49,101 nucleotides of DNA from Malacoraja senta. Its lineage: Eukaryota. Positions within the stretch are counted from its first letter, which is position 1. Each line of letters opens with the position of its first letter. The notes under the pieces were generated by a model. The model saw only the letters and a list, made by a program, of their open reading frames with translations. It searched no databases and had not been told where the DNA came from. Of the stretch, positions 34,013 to 46,159 are shown one piece after another. A program made the position numbers and the translations under genes. Location: positions 186,001 to 235,101 of the forward strand of contig JAXLNO010004468.1 in NCBI GenBank assembly GCA_038087875.1. Reading direction: 5' to 3'.

Positions 34013-34323
34013 GGGGCGGCACGGTGACGCAAAGGTAGAGTTGTTGCCTTACAGCGCCAGAGACCTTTGGTCGATCCTGCATACGGGTGCTGTCTACATG
34101 GAGTTTGCCCGTTCTCCCCGTGACCTGCGTGGGTTTCTCCGAGATCTTCGGTTTTCTCCCACACACCAAAGACGGACAGGTTTGTAGGTCAATTGGCTTG
34201 GATGTAATAGCAAATTGTCCCTAGAGTACCGTGGATATTGTTAGAGTGCGGGGATCGCTGCTCGGTGAGGGCTCTGTGGGCCGAAGGAATGTTTTCAGCG
34301 CTGCATCGTTAAAACTTAAACTA
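34013..34323 (+). mobile_element. HE1-like V-SINE, near full length
   Basis: tRNA-like head ggggcggcacggtg..., V domain ggagtttgcccgttctccccgtgacctgcgtgggtttctcc, and a tail running into the gap. Confidence 0.88.
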
Positions 34324-34944
34324 NNNNNNNNNNNNNNNNNNNNNNNNNNNNNNNNNNNNNNNNNNNNNNNNNNNNNNNNNNNNNNNNNNNNNNNNNNNNN
34401 NNNNNNNNNNNNNNNNNNNNNNNNNNNNNNNNNNNNNNNNNNNNNNNNNNNNNNNNNNNNNNNNNNNNNNNNNNNNNNNNNNNNNNNNNNNNNNNNNNNN
34501 NNNNNNNNNNNNNNNNNNNNNNNNNNNNNNNNNNNNNNNNNNNNNNNNNNNNNNNNNNNNNNNNNNNNNNNNNNNNNNNNNNNNNNNNNNNNNNNNNNNN
34601 NNNNNNNNNNNNNNNNNNNNNNNNNNNNNNNNNNNNNNNNNNNNNNNNNNNNNNNNNNNNNNNNNNNNNNNNNNNNNNNNCCATCTATATATGTATTCAC
34701 TTATATGTGTGAAAACTGTTTGTAACATTATGCACATTGTTTACTGGTTTATCTCTGACCGTTTTTAGCACTTTTTTCCTGTTTTGTTTTAATCTGTAGC
34801 AGAAATACGCCTCTCTATTAATCTCTCGCCCCCTTGCTCTTCAGTCACATCTGCTTCCCCTATGCTCACATTCGCCTGTCTCTGACCAGCGCGTTGAAAG
34901 CCACAGTAAATAATTCTGCAGCGAGAAGAACGGAGTCAAGGCAG

Positions 34945-35975
34945 GTCAACTTTATTTTTCACAAACACATACAAGATGTGTAGTGAAATGAAAGTGGCTA
35001 TGCCTGCGGATTGTGCAAAAACAACAGAACATCGGAATGGAACAGAACTAGTATTTACATGTTAGCGTTTTTTTAAGAAGACACAACACAACAGTAAATT
35101 AGTCCCTGGTGAGATGAGAGTTTACAGTGCTATTGGCCTAGGGGAGAAATTCCGTCTCATCCTCTTTGTTTTCACAGCATGACAGCGGAGGCGCATGCCT
35201 GACCGTAGCAGCTGGAACAGTCCGTTGCTGGGTTGGTAGGGGGCTCCCATAATGTTGCTGGATCTGCACCTCCTGATGTACAGGTCCTGGAAGGGGTGAG
35301 TGTAGTTCCCACAGTGCGTCCAGCCGAACTCACTACTCTCTGCAGAGCCTTCCTGTCCTGGGCAGAGCTGTTCCCAAACCAGATTGAGATGTTACCGGAC
35401 AAGATGCTTTCTGTAGTCCCAGAGTAGAAGCACTGAAGGATCCCCAGAGAGACTCTGAATGTCCTCAGCTGCCCGACATGGTAAAGGCGCTGCCTTGCCT
35501 TACTCACCAATGCGGCAGTGTGTGTTGCCCATGTCAGATCCTCTGTGATGTGGACTCCGAGTTATTTATAGCTGCTCACCCTATCCACAGTAGTCCAATT
35601 TATCTCCAGTGGCGTGTGCGTCCTCGGATGTTGAGCCCTTCTAAAGTCCACAATAATCTCCTTAGTTTTTGTGACGTTCAAGAGGAGGCTGATGTCCTGA
35701 CACCAGAGTGCAAGGTCAGCCACCTCCTCCCGGTAGGCCTTCTCATCTTCATCGGTGATCAGCCCCACCACCACAGTGTCATCAGCAAACATAAAGATGA
35801 AGTTAGAGCTGAACCTGGCCACACAGTCATGTGTGTACAGGGAGTACATTAGAGGGCTAACGACGCAGCCTTGGGTGGATCACGTGTTCAGGGTGAGGGG
35901 GTTGGTGGTATGTCTCCCCATTTTGGCCACCTGGGGCCTGGCGGTTAGAAAGTCCAGGACCCAGGCACACAGGAG
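34945..35975 (-). mobile_element. Rex1/Babar-type LINE, 5'-truncated
   Basis: YSLYTHDC...FADDTVVVGLI...LNVTKTKEIIVDFRR and KARQRLY..., with a 3' UTR containing AATAAA. Confidence 0.85.
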
Positions 35976-36299
35976 AATGTTCATGGAAGTGGCAGGTGCA
36001 GGGAAGTAGAACTTGATACCAGGGCAGAGTTATGTCACCTTATACCTGATTCTATTTGGCCCCGTCTACCGCACAGTGTTCTTTCGTCGTTTATTCGTTC
36101 GGATCGCGGAACTCAATCTGGTGGCTGGATAATTAACTTTCACAGACAAACAGGCAGATAGAGAGACAAAGTGGGTGGTGGGTGGCAGAGAGAGAGAATA
36201 GGAAGTAGAGAGAAATGGAGAGAGTTATAGAGAAATAGGGAGACAAAGAGAAGCAGAGAGAGATGAAAAAGACAGAAGGAAAAGAGGGCGCGAACAGTA

Positions 36300-38875
36300 G
36301 ACGCCCCGCAGGCCGCGAAGAAGCCGGGCGGCGGATACCAGCGGCAGGACTCTAGGGTTGCGGATGCCTGCGGCCGGACCTTGGGTCGGCGCCGCGGAGA
36401 GGTCAGGAGTGGACCCAGCGGCGGCCGTCGTGGACGGCGTGCCGGCAGTTGAGTTCGGCGGTCGTTGATGCGCCGGCTTTCAAGGTCGGGCCTGCGAAGA
36501 GATCGGCGTGGAGGTCAGGCCATCGGTCGATGAGGGTACTAGAACAGGACGGGAACAATGGAAGACTCGCCGAGAACATAGGAGGATCCGCCATGGGGAA
36601 TACGCCGTGGGAGGAATGTCTGGGAGAACAACGGAGGACCCGGTGTTAGGATACTTTGTTACATGGTTGGCGTCCTATATGTTGGGGAATATCACTCTGA
36701 CCTGTCGCGATAACAGGTACTGTCCTCACCTCCAGAGGTGAGGACAGTACAGAGCTCGCCGGGGGGGGGGGGGGCAGAGGAACAACTACAGGAGTCTGTA
36801 GACTGGACAATGTTCAAGGACTCGGCAACGGACTTGAACGAATACGCCACAGTCGTTACAGACTTCATAAATAAATGTGTGGAGGACTGCATCCCTACAA
36901 AAACCTTCCGAGAGTTTCCCAATCAGAAACCTTGGATGAACTTTGAGATCCGCACTCTTCTGAAGACCCGACACCGGCCATTCATGTCTGATGGTACAGT
37001 GGTCAAAAATAAGTCCTGATACGACCTTGGTAAGCCCATTAAAAGGGCCAAAATGGACCAGCTCCAAAGTGGAGGATGAGAAAGATGTTCGGCAGCTGTG
37101 GCGGGGCCTGGATGCAATCACCTCCTACAAGGCGAAATCAGGAGGCAGCTCGAATGTCGGCGAAACATCACTGCCTGATGAGCGCAATGCGTTTTACGCA
37201 CGCTTTGATAGGGAGAACACCGTTGTGCCTTCCAGAGCCCCCATTCGCTGTGATGGTATTTCAGTCCCAGTCACAGAGGCCGACGTCAGGAAATCCTTCA
37301 TAGGGGTGAACCCTCGAAAAGCGCCTGGACCTGACGGTATACGTGGTAGTGTTCTAAACACCTGTGCGGACCAACTGGCTGGAGGTTTACGGACATTTTC
37401 AACCTCTCACTTCTGAGGTCTGAGGTTCCCACCTGCTTCAAAAGGGCATCAATTATACCAGTGCCCAAGAAGAATCAGGTGACGTGCCTCAATGGCTATC
37501 GACCAGTGGCATAAACGCCTGTGGTGATGAAGTGCTTTAAGAGGTTGATCATGGCGCAAATCAACTCCCACCTCGACAAAAACCTGAATCCACTGCAGTT
37601 CGCTTACCGCCACAACAGATCAACGGTGGATGCGATCTCGCTTGCCCTCCACTCCGCTCCGCTCTGGACCACTTGGAGAACAAAAACTCATACGTCAGGC
37701 TCTTATTCATTGATTAGAGCTCGGCATTTAATACAAACATACCATCCAAGCTGGTTACCAAACTCGCAGAACTGGGTCCCTGCGCATCCCTCTGCAATTG
37801 GATTCTCGACTTCCTCATTCACAGACCAGAGTCTGTTTGTGTTGGTGGAAATGTGTCAGACTCTTTAACAATCAGCACGGGAGCACCGCAAGGCTGCGTG
37901 CTCAGCCCCCTGCTGTACTCACTCTATACTCATGACTGCGAAGCCGGTCATAGTGCGAACTCCATCATCAAGTTCGCTGACGATCCACTGTTGTGGGACG
38001 TATCACTGATGGGGATGAGTCAAAGTATAGAAGAGAGATCGAGCGACTGTCCATATAGTGGTAGCACAACAACCTGGCCCTCAACACAAGCAAAACCAAG
38101 GAACTGTTTGTGGACTTTGGAAGGAGTAGGATGGGAACCCACAGTCCCGTTTATAACAACGAGTCGATGGTTGAAAGGGTCAAGAGCTTCACATACCTGG
38201 GCGTGCACATCTCTGAAGATCTTTCCTGGTCCGAGAACACTGATGCAATTATTAAGAAAGCACATCAGCGCCTCTACTTCCTGGGAAGATTTTGGAGAAT
38301 CGGTTTGTCAAGAAGGATTCTCTCTAACTTCTACAGGTGCTCAGTAGAGAGCATACTGACTCGTTGCATCGTGGCTTGGTTCTGCAACTTGAGCGCCCTG
38401 GAGAGGAAAATACTACGAAAAGTAGTAAACACTGCCCAGTCCATCATCGGCTCTGACCTCCCTTCCATCGAGGGGATCTATCGCAGTCGCTGCCTCAAAA
38501 AGGCTGGCAGTATCATCAAGGAACCACACCATCCTGGCCACACACTCATCTCCCTGCTACCTTCAGGTAGACGGTACAGGAGCCTGAAGACTGTAACGAC
38601 CAGGTTCAGGAATAGCTACTTCCCCACAGCCATCAGGCATTAAACTTAGTTCAGCCAAAACTCGGAACTTTAATAGCCCATTATCTGTTATCTGCACTTC
38701 ATCAGTTTATTTATTCATGTGTGTATATATTTATATAATGGTATATGGACGCACTGATCTGTTTTGTAGTCAATGCCTACTATGTTCCGTTGTGCTGAAG
38801 CAAAGCAAGAATGTCATTGTCTTATCAGGGACACATGACAATAAACTCTCTTGATTCTTGAATCTCTTGAATATT
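36300..38875 (+). mobile_element. Rex1-type LINE copy 1, with most of the endonuclease deleted
   Basis: GC-rich 5' region, then [36 protein letters not shown] and FADD, with a (CTTGAA/CTTGAT)-type tail. Very similar to 46800-48940. Confidence 0.88.
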
Positions 38876-38921
38876 GAATAAATTATCATTCATTCATTCA
38901 TTACATAGACTTTGAGAAATA

Positions 38922-38924
<3 letters not shown>

Positions 38925-38964
<40 letters not shown>
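38925..38964 (+). repeat. (AT)n microsatellite
   Basis: Direct inspection. Confidence 0.95.
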
Positions 38965-38969
<5 letters not shown>

Positions 38970-39059
38970 GATGTAGAGAACGATAGACAGATAAAGGAGA
39001 TATATAGACAGAGGAAGAGTGATAGACAGATAGAGGAGCGGACAGTCAGACAGACAATC

Positions 39060-39335
39060 AACAATGTAGATAGACGAGGAAGAGATTAACTGTGATGGAG
39101 ATGAAAGTGAAGGGCAGAAAGCACAAGAGGCAGCTAAAGAGACCGCGACAAATTAGAAAATTATGCGTAGTGTCCACTGGGGGAGGATCCGGATCACGGT
39201 AGAAAAGAGACAGTGATTAAGGAGGAACTAGAGAAGGCGATGATTCGGTGGAAGAGAAGTGACCCCCACCTGGAAAAAGATTGGTCCGAATGAAGGAGGT
39301 GGTGTGTCTGACCCGTAAACCGTGCAACCATGGAT
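39060..39335 (+). other. Paralog of the TRBV upstream/distal promoter region
   Basis: Matches the reverse complement of ~1115-1350 (attaaggaggaactagaga...; gattggtc...gacccgtaaaccgtgcaaccatgg). Confidence 0.7.
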
Positions 39336-39419
39336 CTCCCAACATAAAAACCCATAACGAGTTAAGGGGATTGCAAGACGACGGGTAGGGGCAAGAAAAA
39401 GAGAGTGCAAACCGCTGCC

Positions 39420-39523
39420 TAACGGACAGAAACATCTTGGGAATTATATACACTCGGACAGACGGGAGAAGAGCACATAAGTCTCAAAACCTGATGGGGC
39501 GATTACTGTCAATGGAAGAGTTA
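39420..39523 (-). other. Paralog of the TRBV post-RSS 3' flank, ending at a gap
   Basis: ggacagaaac...gcaca...ggggcg...actgtcaatggaag aligns with 2101-2198 on the same strand. Confidence 0.7.
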
Positions 39524-40115
39524 NNNNNNNNNNNNNNNNNNNNNNNNNNNNNNNNNNNNNNNNNNNNNNNNNNNNNNNNNNNNNNNNNNNNNNNNNNNNN
39601 NNNNNNNNNNNNNNNNNNNNNNNNNNNNNNNNNNNNNNNNNNNNNNNNNNNNNNNNNNNNNNNNNNNNNNNNNNNNNNNNNNNNNNNNNNNNNNNNNNNN
39701 NNNNNNNNNNNNNNNNNNNNNNNNNNNNNNNGATGGATAGACAAGTCACTTTGTAATCCGCCGACAGTAAGCGCCCACTCCGGTCCTCCATTGGTATATC
39801 TATCAATCTTTATATCTCTCTTTCCTTTTCTCCATATTTNNNNNNNNNNNNNNNNNNNNNNNNNNNNNNNNNNNNNNNNNNNNNNNNNNNNNNNNNNNNN
39901 NNNNNNNNNNNNNNNNNNNNNNNNNNNNNNNNNNNNNNNNNNNNNNNNNNNNNNNNNNNNNNNNNNNNNNNNNNNNNNNNNNNNNNNNNNNNNNNNNNNN
40001 NNNNNNNNNNNNNNNNNNNNNNNNNNNNNNNNNNNNNNNNNNNNNNNNNNNNNNNNNNNNNNNNNNNNNNNNNNNNNNNNNNNNNNNNNNNNNNNNNNNN
40101 NNNNNNNNNNNNNNN

Positions 40116-41160
40116 TCGTTTTTTCAAAAACAAAATCAAAACAAATAAAAATAATGATGAACATAACAATGATATTGATACATAGGGATCAGGCTTACAT
40201 TAATAACAGGTATAAGCTAAATATGAGTCCAGTGTCAAAATACACATTGAGTATAGACCTCCCGGTCTCTATGTCAATATAGTTAAGTGTTTAGAAGAGA
40301 ACTTGTATCTATAAAAGCAAAAAGATAAAAAGAAAAAAAAGAAAAAAATAGAAAAAAGGGAAAAACAAAACCCACTAAACTAGAAACAAAAACCAAAACA
40401 GAATCTGGGCTGCAAAGAATTTCAACAATTTATGTCCCTGTTTGTCGTCAAGTCCATTCCACCCTATAAAGGTAAAATAATTATTATAACAGTAGGAGAG
40501 GAGACAATTTATATCGTGTGAAAATGTCAAATAAAGCTTCCCCAAGTCGTATCACATTTAACCAAGGGTTCAACAATGTCACTCCTACTTTTTTTCTAAA
40601 TTAAACATGATATCCTTTCAGAGTACCAATGGAGTGTAGTCGGAGGATTAGAGTCTTTCCATTTAAATAAAATAGTTCTTCTGGCAATTAATGCAGTGAA
40701 AGCAATCAGCCGATGGGCGGAACGGGACAGATGAGTTGAATCTAACATTGGTAGCCCAACAATTGCAGTGATAGGTTGTAAATCAATACCTACAACTACA
40801 GAAATAGTATCAAAAATGGATTTCCAATATTTTTCCAAAAGTGGGCAAGATCAAAGCATTTGAGTCAGTGAGGCCACTTCAGAATTACATCTGTCACAGG
40901 TGGGACGTATATGACCATAAAAACGAGCTAACTTATCTTTTGACATATGAGCTCTGTGAACCACCTTGAATTGTATCAGAGCGTGTGTTGCACACTTTGA
41001 GGAAGTATTAACTAATTGAAGAATCCTCTCCCATTTATCTATAGGTAGATACATTTGGAGTTACCTTTCCCAGTCATACCTAATGTTATCAAATGTATAT
41101 ATTTGTAATTTCAAAATTAACTCATAAATAGTCGTTATACCTTTCTGAGAAGGGCTCAAT
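40116..41160 (-). mobile_element. L1-clade LINE 3' fragment
   Basis: IQFKVVHRAH...CDRCNSEVASLTQM and LIAFTALIARRTILFKWK. Confidence 0.8.
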
Positions 41161-42960
41161 TTTTTTTTTTTTTTTTTTTAAATGTTATATATATTTTATT
41201 AGAAGTAAGTACATTAATGTGGCACCAAGGTGCCTAATATATATTGGCATGTTACATTCTATGTACAGTTTCGTTTTTTTAAAATAATATAAGAGAGAAA
41301 GAAAGAATAGGTAATAAAAAATAGAAAAACGTGTGATGTGTTGGAGTGTGAAAAGGAAAAGGAGGGAAAGAGGGGAAGTAAACAAAAGAGAGAGAAAGAG
41401 AAGGAGTAGAGAGTAGGAGATTATGGGAGATAGTTATTTATATACTTGACCATCCTTCACCCAGTCCTGAAACAGTTGGTTTCTACGATTTTGTTGCACC
41501 ATATGCTTCCAAGAAGTCGATAAATGGAGACCAACTCGTTAAGAATTGGTCTGTTTTGTCTGTTCGGAGGAATCGCATTTCTTCAAGATGTGCGGTGTCC
41601 AACATGTTTGAAATCCACATTTTAAGCGTTGGTATGTGTGTATTTTTCCAAAATTTAAATATACGTTTTTTGTGTCGTTATTAACCCCTAATTAAAAAAT
41701 GAATTTTGAAATGTGTTCAATTGGTACCCGTCTTCCGTTACTCCAAGTATAATCATTTCAGTGTTAGGCTCCATTTTTATCTTGAATAATTTTGAAAATA
41801 TTTCAAAGATATCGCTCCAGAATTTATGAAGTTTTATGCAGGAAACAAATGAGTGTGTTATAGTGGCATTTTGAGATAAACATTTATCACAAATGGGAGA
41901 AGCATTTGAATATAATTTATTCATTCTAGTTTTTGAATAATATAATCTATGTAGAATTTTAAATTGAATTACGTTATGTCTTACATTAATCGAACATTTG
42001 TGTATATATATCAAATGCTTTTCCCATGTTTCTTTCGTGATTTCTATCATCAATTCTCGTTCCCAATCTTCCCTAAGTGCCCCGGTCTATGGTAGTTCTA
42101 TGTTTAAAATACTATTATATAAATATGATATTAATTTCTGTGAGTCAGCCTTAATATTCATTGCTACTACCAGTGGATCTAAAGTTATAGTTTGATGTCT
42201 TTGTATGTATTTCTTCATTAAGTCGCAGATCTGAAGGTATTTAAAATATTGGTTATTTTTCAGCTTAAATTTTAATTGTAATTGTTGAAATGATAACAGA
42301 TTTCCCATTTCATACATATCGCCGATCCTTTTAATTCCCATTCTTTCCCATTGGTTATATGTTTTATCGGTAAGAGATGGTTTAAATGAAGGATTATTCA
42401 CTATGGCGTTAACAATGATAGGTTTCTTAATTTTAAAGTTAATTTTATTTGTTTCCAAATTCTTATTTTATTATGGATAATTGGATTATTCTTATATATT
42501 GTGTTGTTCAGTTTTATCGGGGAGAAGAGGATCGCTCCTATATTACAAGGTGAACAATCCTCTTTCTGCATTCCTAACCATTCTGTCTGTTGGGTAGGAT
42601 TGTCCCACCGATAAATTATATTCTTAATATGCAATGCCCAGTAATAATACCAAAAGTTCAGAAGTGAAAGTCCCGCAGCGTCTTTGGGTTTACACAGGTG
42701 TTTTCTTTGAATTATATGTGATCTATAGTCCCAAATAAAGTTGGTAATGTTAGAGTCTAGTTTTTGCAGACATTTTTTGGTCTGTATAATGGTATAGATT
42801 GAAATAGGTATAATATTTGTGGTAAAAATATCATTTTTATAGCGTTTATTCTGCCTATTAATGACAACGGGAGTGTTTTCCAGAATTTAATCAACGCTTT
42901 CAATTTATTTAATAAGGGCATAAAATTAGCATTAAATAATGATTTGTATTTTCTAGTAAT
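41161..42960 (-). mobile_element. L1-clade LINE 3' 1.8 kb with poly(A)
   Basis: LPLSLIGRINAIKMIFLPQILYLFQ and IQFKILHRLY...CDKC...HSFVSC, with poly(A) at 41161-41179. Confidence 0.88.
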
Positions 42961-42961
42961 C

Positions 42962-43480
42962 CAACCGTTCAATGCGGTCTGCCAGGAGCTGCAGCTGGAC
43001 ACACTTCCTGCACACGTAGCCACCAGGGACTCCGACAATATCCCCGATCTCCCACATGTTGCAGGATGAGAAATCCACGGGGCCTAGCTCAACTGACATG
43101 GCTTACCCCAAATTAAATCAACTCACTCCCACTATAAAAATCTTAATCCTTTAAACTGTACATTTACTAAAAAGCACTGTACCCTTAACTCACTGTACCC
43201 TTAACTCACTGAACACTTAACGCACTGTACCCATAACTCACTGTACCCTTAACTCACTGAACCCTTAAGTCACTGAACCATTAACTAAAATGTACGAACA
43301 GAAAGCAGAAATTCAAACCTGGGGTTACTCCCAATCAGCTGCTTCCTCTAGTCCGCTTCCACCAATCAGCGGCTTCCTCCAGACCACTTATTCTGAAATG
43401 TGATGGAACGTTGCTGAGTGGGCGCTCCAACCGCTCTTGGGCCTCTGTGGAACAAAGCCCAGCGCTCGGGTTATAAATTT
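42962..43480 (-). mobile_element. CR1 5' UTR and ORF1 start, containing a 16-bp tandem repeat (~43178-43290)
   Basis: Minus strand encodes a CR1-ORF1-like zinc-finger start (SCNMWEIG...GYVCRKCVQLQLLADRIERL). About seven units of cactgtacccttaact. Confidence 0.65.
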
Positions 43481-43499
43481 ATAAAACTGATAAAAAGTT

Positions 43500-44040
43500 A
43501 TAAAACATATTTTAAAAAATAGATATGATCGGACTCGATAAGATAAAATCATTCAATCCAAAACACTTACGAAATTGAAACCATATTCGGAATGTATGTC
43601 TTATTATTGGGTTAGGCGTATATTTATTCAATCTCGTAATTGTAAAAGGTAACGAGGCCCCCAGAATAGAAGCCAATGATAGCACTTGCATAGAATTACG
43701 TTCAAGATTTATCCATCCTGGGCATTGGATATCTTCTAAATCTTTTGTCCAAAACTTTAGATAGCCAGCATTAACTGCCCAATAGTAAAATCCATGGTTC
43801 GGCAGTGCCAAACCACCATCTTTTTTTGATTTGTGTAAGTATTTTTTTACTTAGTCTGAGATTTTTATTCTGCCTATATATATGAAGAAATTGTGGAGTC
43901 AATAATATCAAAGAAAGATTTAGCAATAACAATTGGTATCGTCTGAAATAAATACAAAAATATAGGTAGGCTAAACATTTTAATAGCAATGATTCGGCCG
44001 ATTAAAGATAAGGACATTGGTGACCATTTAGTAAACTGTA
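43500..44040 (-). mobile_element. L1-clade ORF2 fragment; host of the PLE and Rex1 insertions, continuing at 46106-46160 and 48942-49101
   Basis: FSGYKLNLSKSELFP (49101-48942), LFKANCTPLIDHIKLQFT (46160-46106) and LQFTKWSPMSLSLIGRI (from 44040) form one colinear L1 RT. Confidence 0.85.
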
Positions 44041-44102
44041 GGTACACAAAAATGCTGGAGAAACTCAGCGGGTGCAGCAGCATCTATGGAGCGAAGGAAA
44101 TA

Positions 44103-44137
44103 GGCAACGTTTCGGGCCGAGACCCTTCTTCAGACTG
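44103..44137 (-). ncRNA. Putative minimal type I hammerhead ribozyme in the PLE terminal repeat
   Basis: agt CTGAAGA a GGG tctcgg CCC GAAA CG TT gcc: core CUGANGA, stem II, GAAA, palindromic ACGU and an NUH triplet. Confidence 0.6.
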
Positions 44138-44245
44138 ATAGGGGGTGGGGGGAAGAAAGGAAAAAAGGAAAAAGGCGGAGGAGGAGCCCGAGGGCTGGGG
44201 GAGAAGACAACTAGAGGGCTGATGAAGGGGAGGGGACAGCAGGGG

Positions 44246-46012
44246 CTAGCAGAATTGGGAGAATTCAATGTTCAAGCACCCAGGATGTAGACTGCCCAAG
44301 CGGAATATGAGGTGCATTTCCTCCAATTTACGGTGTTGCTGGCTGTGGCCATGGAGAAGAACCAGGACAGAGAGGTCAGATACGGAATGGGAGGGGGAGT
44401 TGAAGTGCTGAGCCACCGGGAGCTCAGGTTGGTTATTGCGGCCCGACCGGAGGTGTTCGGCGAAACGATCGCCAAGCCTCCGCTTGGTCTCACCGATGTA
44501 GATCAGCTGGCATCTAGAGCAGCGGATGCAATAGATGAGGTTGGAGGAGATGCAAGTGAACCTCTGTCGCACCTGGAACGATTGCTTGGGTCCTTGAATG
44601 GAGTCGAGGGGGGAGGTGAAGGACAAGTGTTGCATCTTTTGCGGTTGCAAGGGAAAGTACCAGGGGAGGGGGTGGTATGGGAGGGAAGAATTGACAAGGG
44701 GGTTACGGAGGGAGCGGTCTTTGCGGAAGGCAGACATGGGGGGAGATGGGAAGATGTGACGAGTGGTGGGGTCACGTTGGAGGTGGCGAAACTGACGGAG
44801 GAGCACTTGTTGTATGTGACGGCTGGTGGGGTGAAAGGTGAGGACTAGGGGGACTCTGCCCTTGTTGTGAGTGGGGGGATGGGGAGGGAGAGCAGTGTTG
44901 CGGGGTATGGCAGAGACCCTGGTGCGAGCCTCATCTATGGTGGAGGAGGGGAACCCCCGTTCCCTGAAGAATGAGGACATTTCAGATGCCCTCGTGTGGA
45001 ACGCCTCATCCTGGGAGCAGATGCGGCGTAGACGGAGGAATTGGGAGTGGGGGATGGAGTCCTTACATGAAGCAGGTTTGGAAGAAGTGTAGTCCAGATA
45101 GCCATGGGAGTCGGTGAGTTTGTAGTGGATGTCGGTAAGGAGTCTATCACCTTCGATGGAGATAGTGAGGTCAAGGAATGGTAGGGAAGTGTCGGAAAAG
45201 GTCCAGGTGTATTTGAGTGCCGGATGGAAGTTGGTGGTGAAGCGGATGAAGTCAGTCAGTTGTGTGTGGGTGCAGGATGTGGCACCATAACAATCATCGA
45301 TATAGCGGAGGTAGAGGTCGGGGATGGGGCCCTGGTACGTATTGAACAAGGATTGTTCTACGTACCCGACAAAGAGGCAGGCGTACCTGGGGCCCATGCG
45401 TGTGCCCATAGCTACGCCTTGTATTTGGAGGAAATGGGAGGAGTCAAATGAAAAGTTATTAAGTGTAAGGACCAGCTCCGCTAGGCGGAGGAGGGTGTCA
45501 GTGGCCGGGTATAGGCTGCTTCTACGGTCGAGGAAAAAACGGAGGGCTTCGAGACCATCCTGGTGGGGGATGGAGGTGTACAATGACTGGACGTTCATGG
45601 TGAAGATGAGGGGGTGAGGGCCTAGAGAGTGGAATGCGCGGAGACGACGGAGAGTGTCTGAGGTGCCTTGAACATAGGGAGGGAGGGATTTAACCAAGGG
45701 GGATAGGATGGAGCCGAGGTAGGTGGAGATGAGTTCGGTAGGGCACGAACAGGCAGAGACAATGGGTCTACCGGGACAGTCAGGCTTGTGGATTTTGGGG
45801 AGAAGGTAAAAGCGGGCTGTGCGGGGCTGGGGAACGATGAGGTTGGAGGCTCGGTCGGGCAGGGTGTGGGAGTGGATGAAGTCGGTGATGGTGCTGGAGA
45901 TGGTGGCCTGGTGCTCGTCAGTGGGGTCATGGTCCAGGTATAAGTAGGAGGAGGTGTCCGAGAGTTGGCGCGTGGCCTCAGCTTTGTAGAGATCGACGCG
46001 CCAGACTACCAC
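44246..46012 (-). CDS. PLE reverse transcriptase / GIY-YIG endonuclease ORF (588 aa, N-terminally truncated)
   Basis: FYLLPKIHK, GRPIVS, GVAMG, YLRYIDD and IYCIRC...IYIGETKRRL. The linker segment is out of frame between two compensating indels. Confidence 0.85.
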   Translation of the reverse strand: MVVWRVDLYKAEATRQLSDTSSYLYLDHDPTDEHQATISSTITDFIHSHTLPDRASNLIVPQPRTARFYLLPKIHKPDCPGRPIVSACSCPTELISTYLGSILSPLVKSLPPYVQGTSDTLRRLRAFHSLGPHPLIFTMNVQSLYTSIPHQDGLEALRFFLDRRSSLYPATDTLLRLAELVLTLNNFSFDSSHFLQIQGVAMGTRMGPRYACLFVGYVEQSLFNTYQGPIPDLYLRYIDDCYGATSCTHTQLTDFIRFTTNFHPALKYTWTFSDTSLPFLDLTISIEGDRLLTDIHYKLTDSHGYLDYTSSKPASCKDSIPHSQFLRLRRICSQDEAFHTRASEMSSFFRERGFPSSTIDEARTRVSAIPRNTALPPHPPTHNKGRVPLVLTFHPTSRHIQQVLLRQFRHLQRDPTTRHIFPSPPMSAFRKDRSLRNPLVNSSLPYHPLPWYFPLQPQKMQHLSFTSPLDSIQGPKQSFQVRQRFTCISSNLIYCIRCSRCQLIYIGETKRRLGDRFAEHLRSGRNNQPELPVAQHFNSPSHSVSDLSVLVLLHGHSQQHRKLEEMHLIFRLGSLHPGCLNIEFSQFC

Positions 46013-46159
46013 GGCACCTCCCTTGTCAGCAGGTTTGATAACCCAATCTAGGTTGTTGCGGAGTGAGTCGATGGCAGTGCGTTCAGGGGGGGAGAGATTG
46101 GAGTGAGTAAACTGTAGTTTGATATGGTCAATTAGAGGGGTACAATTGGCTTTAAATAG

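Larger units (their letters stand above)
44041..46105 (-). mobile_element. Penelope-like element (Neptune-type, with Cys linker), 11-bp TSD
   Basis: Flanked by AGTAAACTGTA at 44030-44040 and 46106-46116. RT + GIY-YIG, with a CNRKRCNTC linker present in an alternative frame. Confidence 0.93.

Noticed and set aside
34013-34090. tRNA-like sequences (also 660-735 and 3150-3232)
   Set aside because: They are SINE heads continuing into the V-SINE body, not tRNA genes.
34790-34815. Minus-strand gcgtatttctgc (YFC-like), a possible extra V remnant
   Set aside because: No upstream WYRQ or first Cys, and no RSS. The match is too short to support.
43178-43290. Regular short repeats that might suggest a CRISPR-like array
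   Set aside because: They are contiguous 16-bp tandem units with no unique spacers, in a eukaryotic LINE 5' UTR.
44272-45930. Alternative-frame and antisense ORFs over the PLE (also 13053-13467)
   Set aside because: Explained by the PLE coding frame. Their recurrence in both copies reflects shared ancestry, not separate genes.
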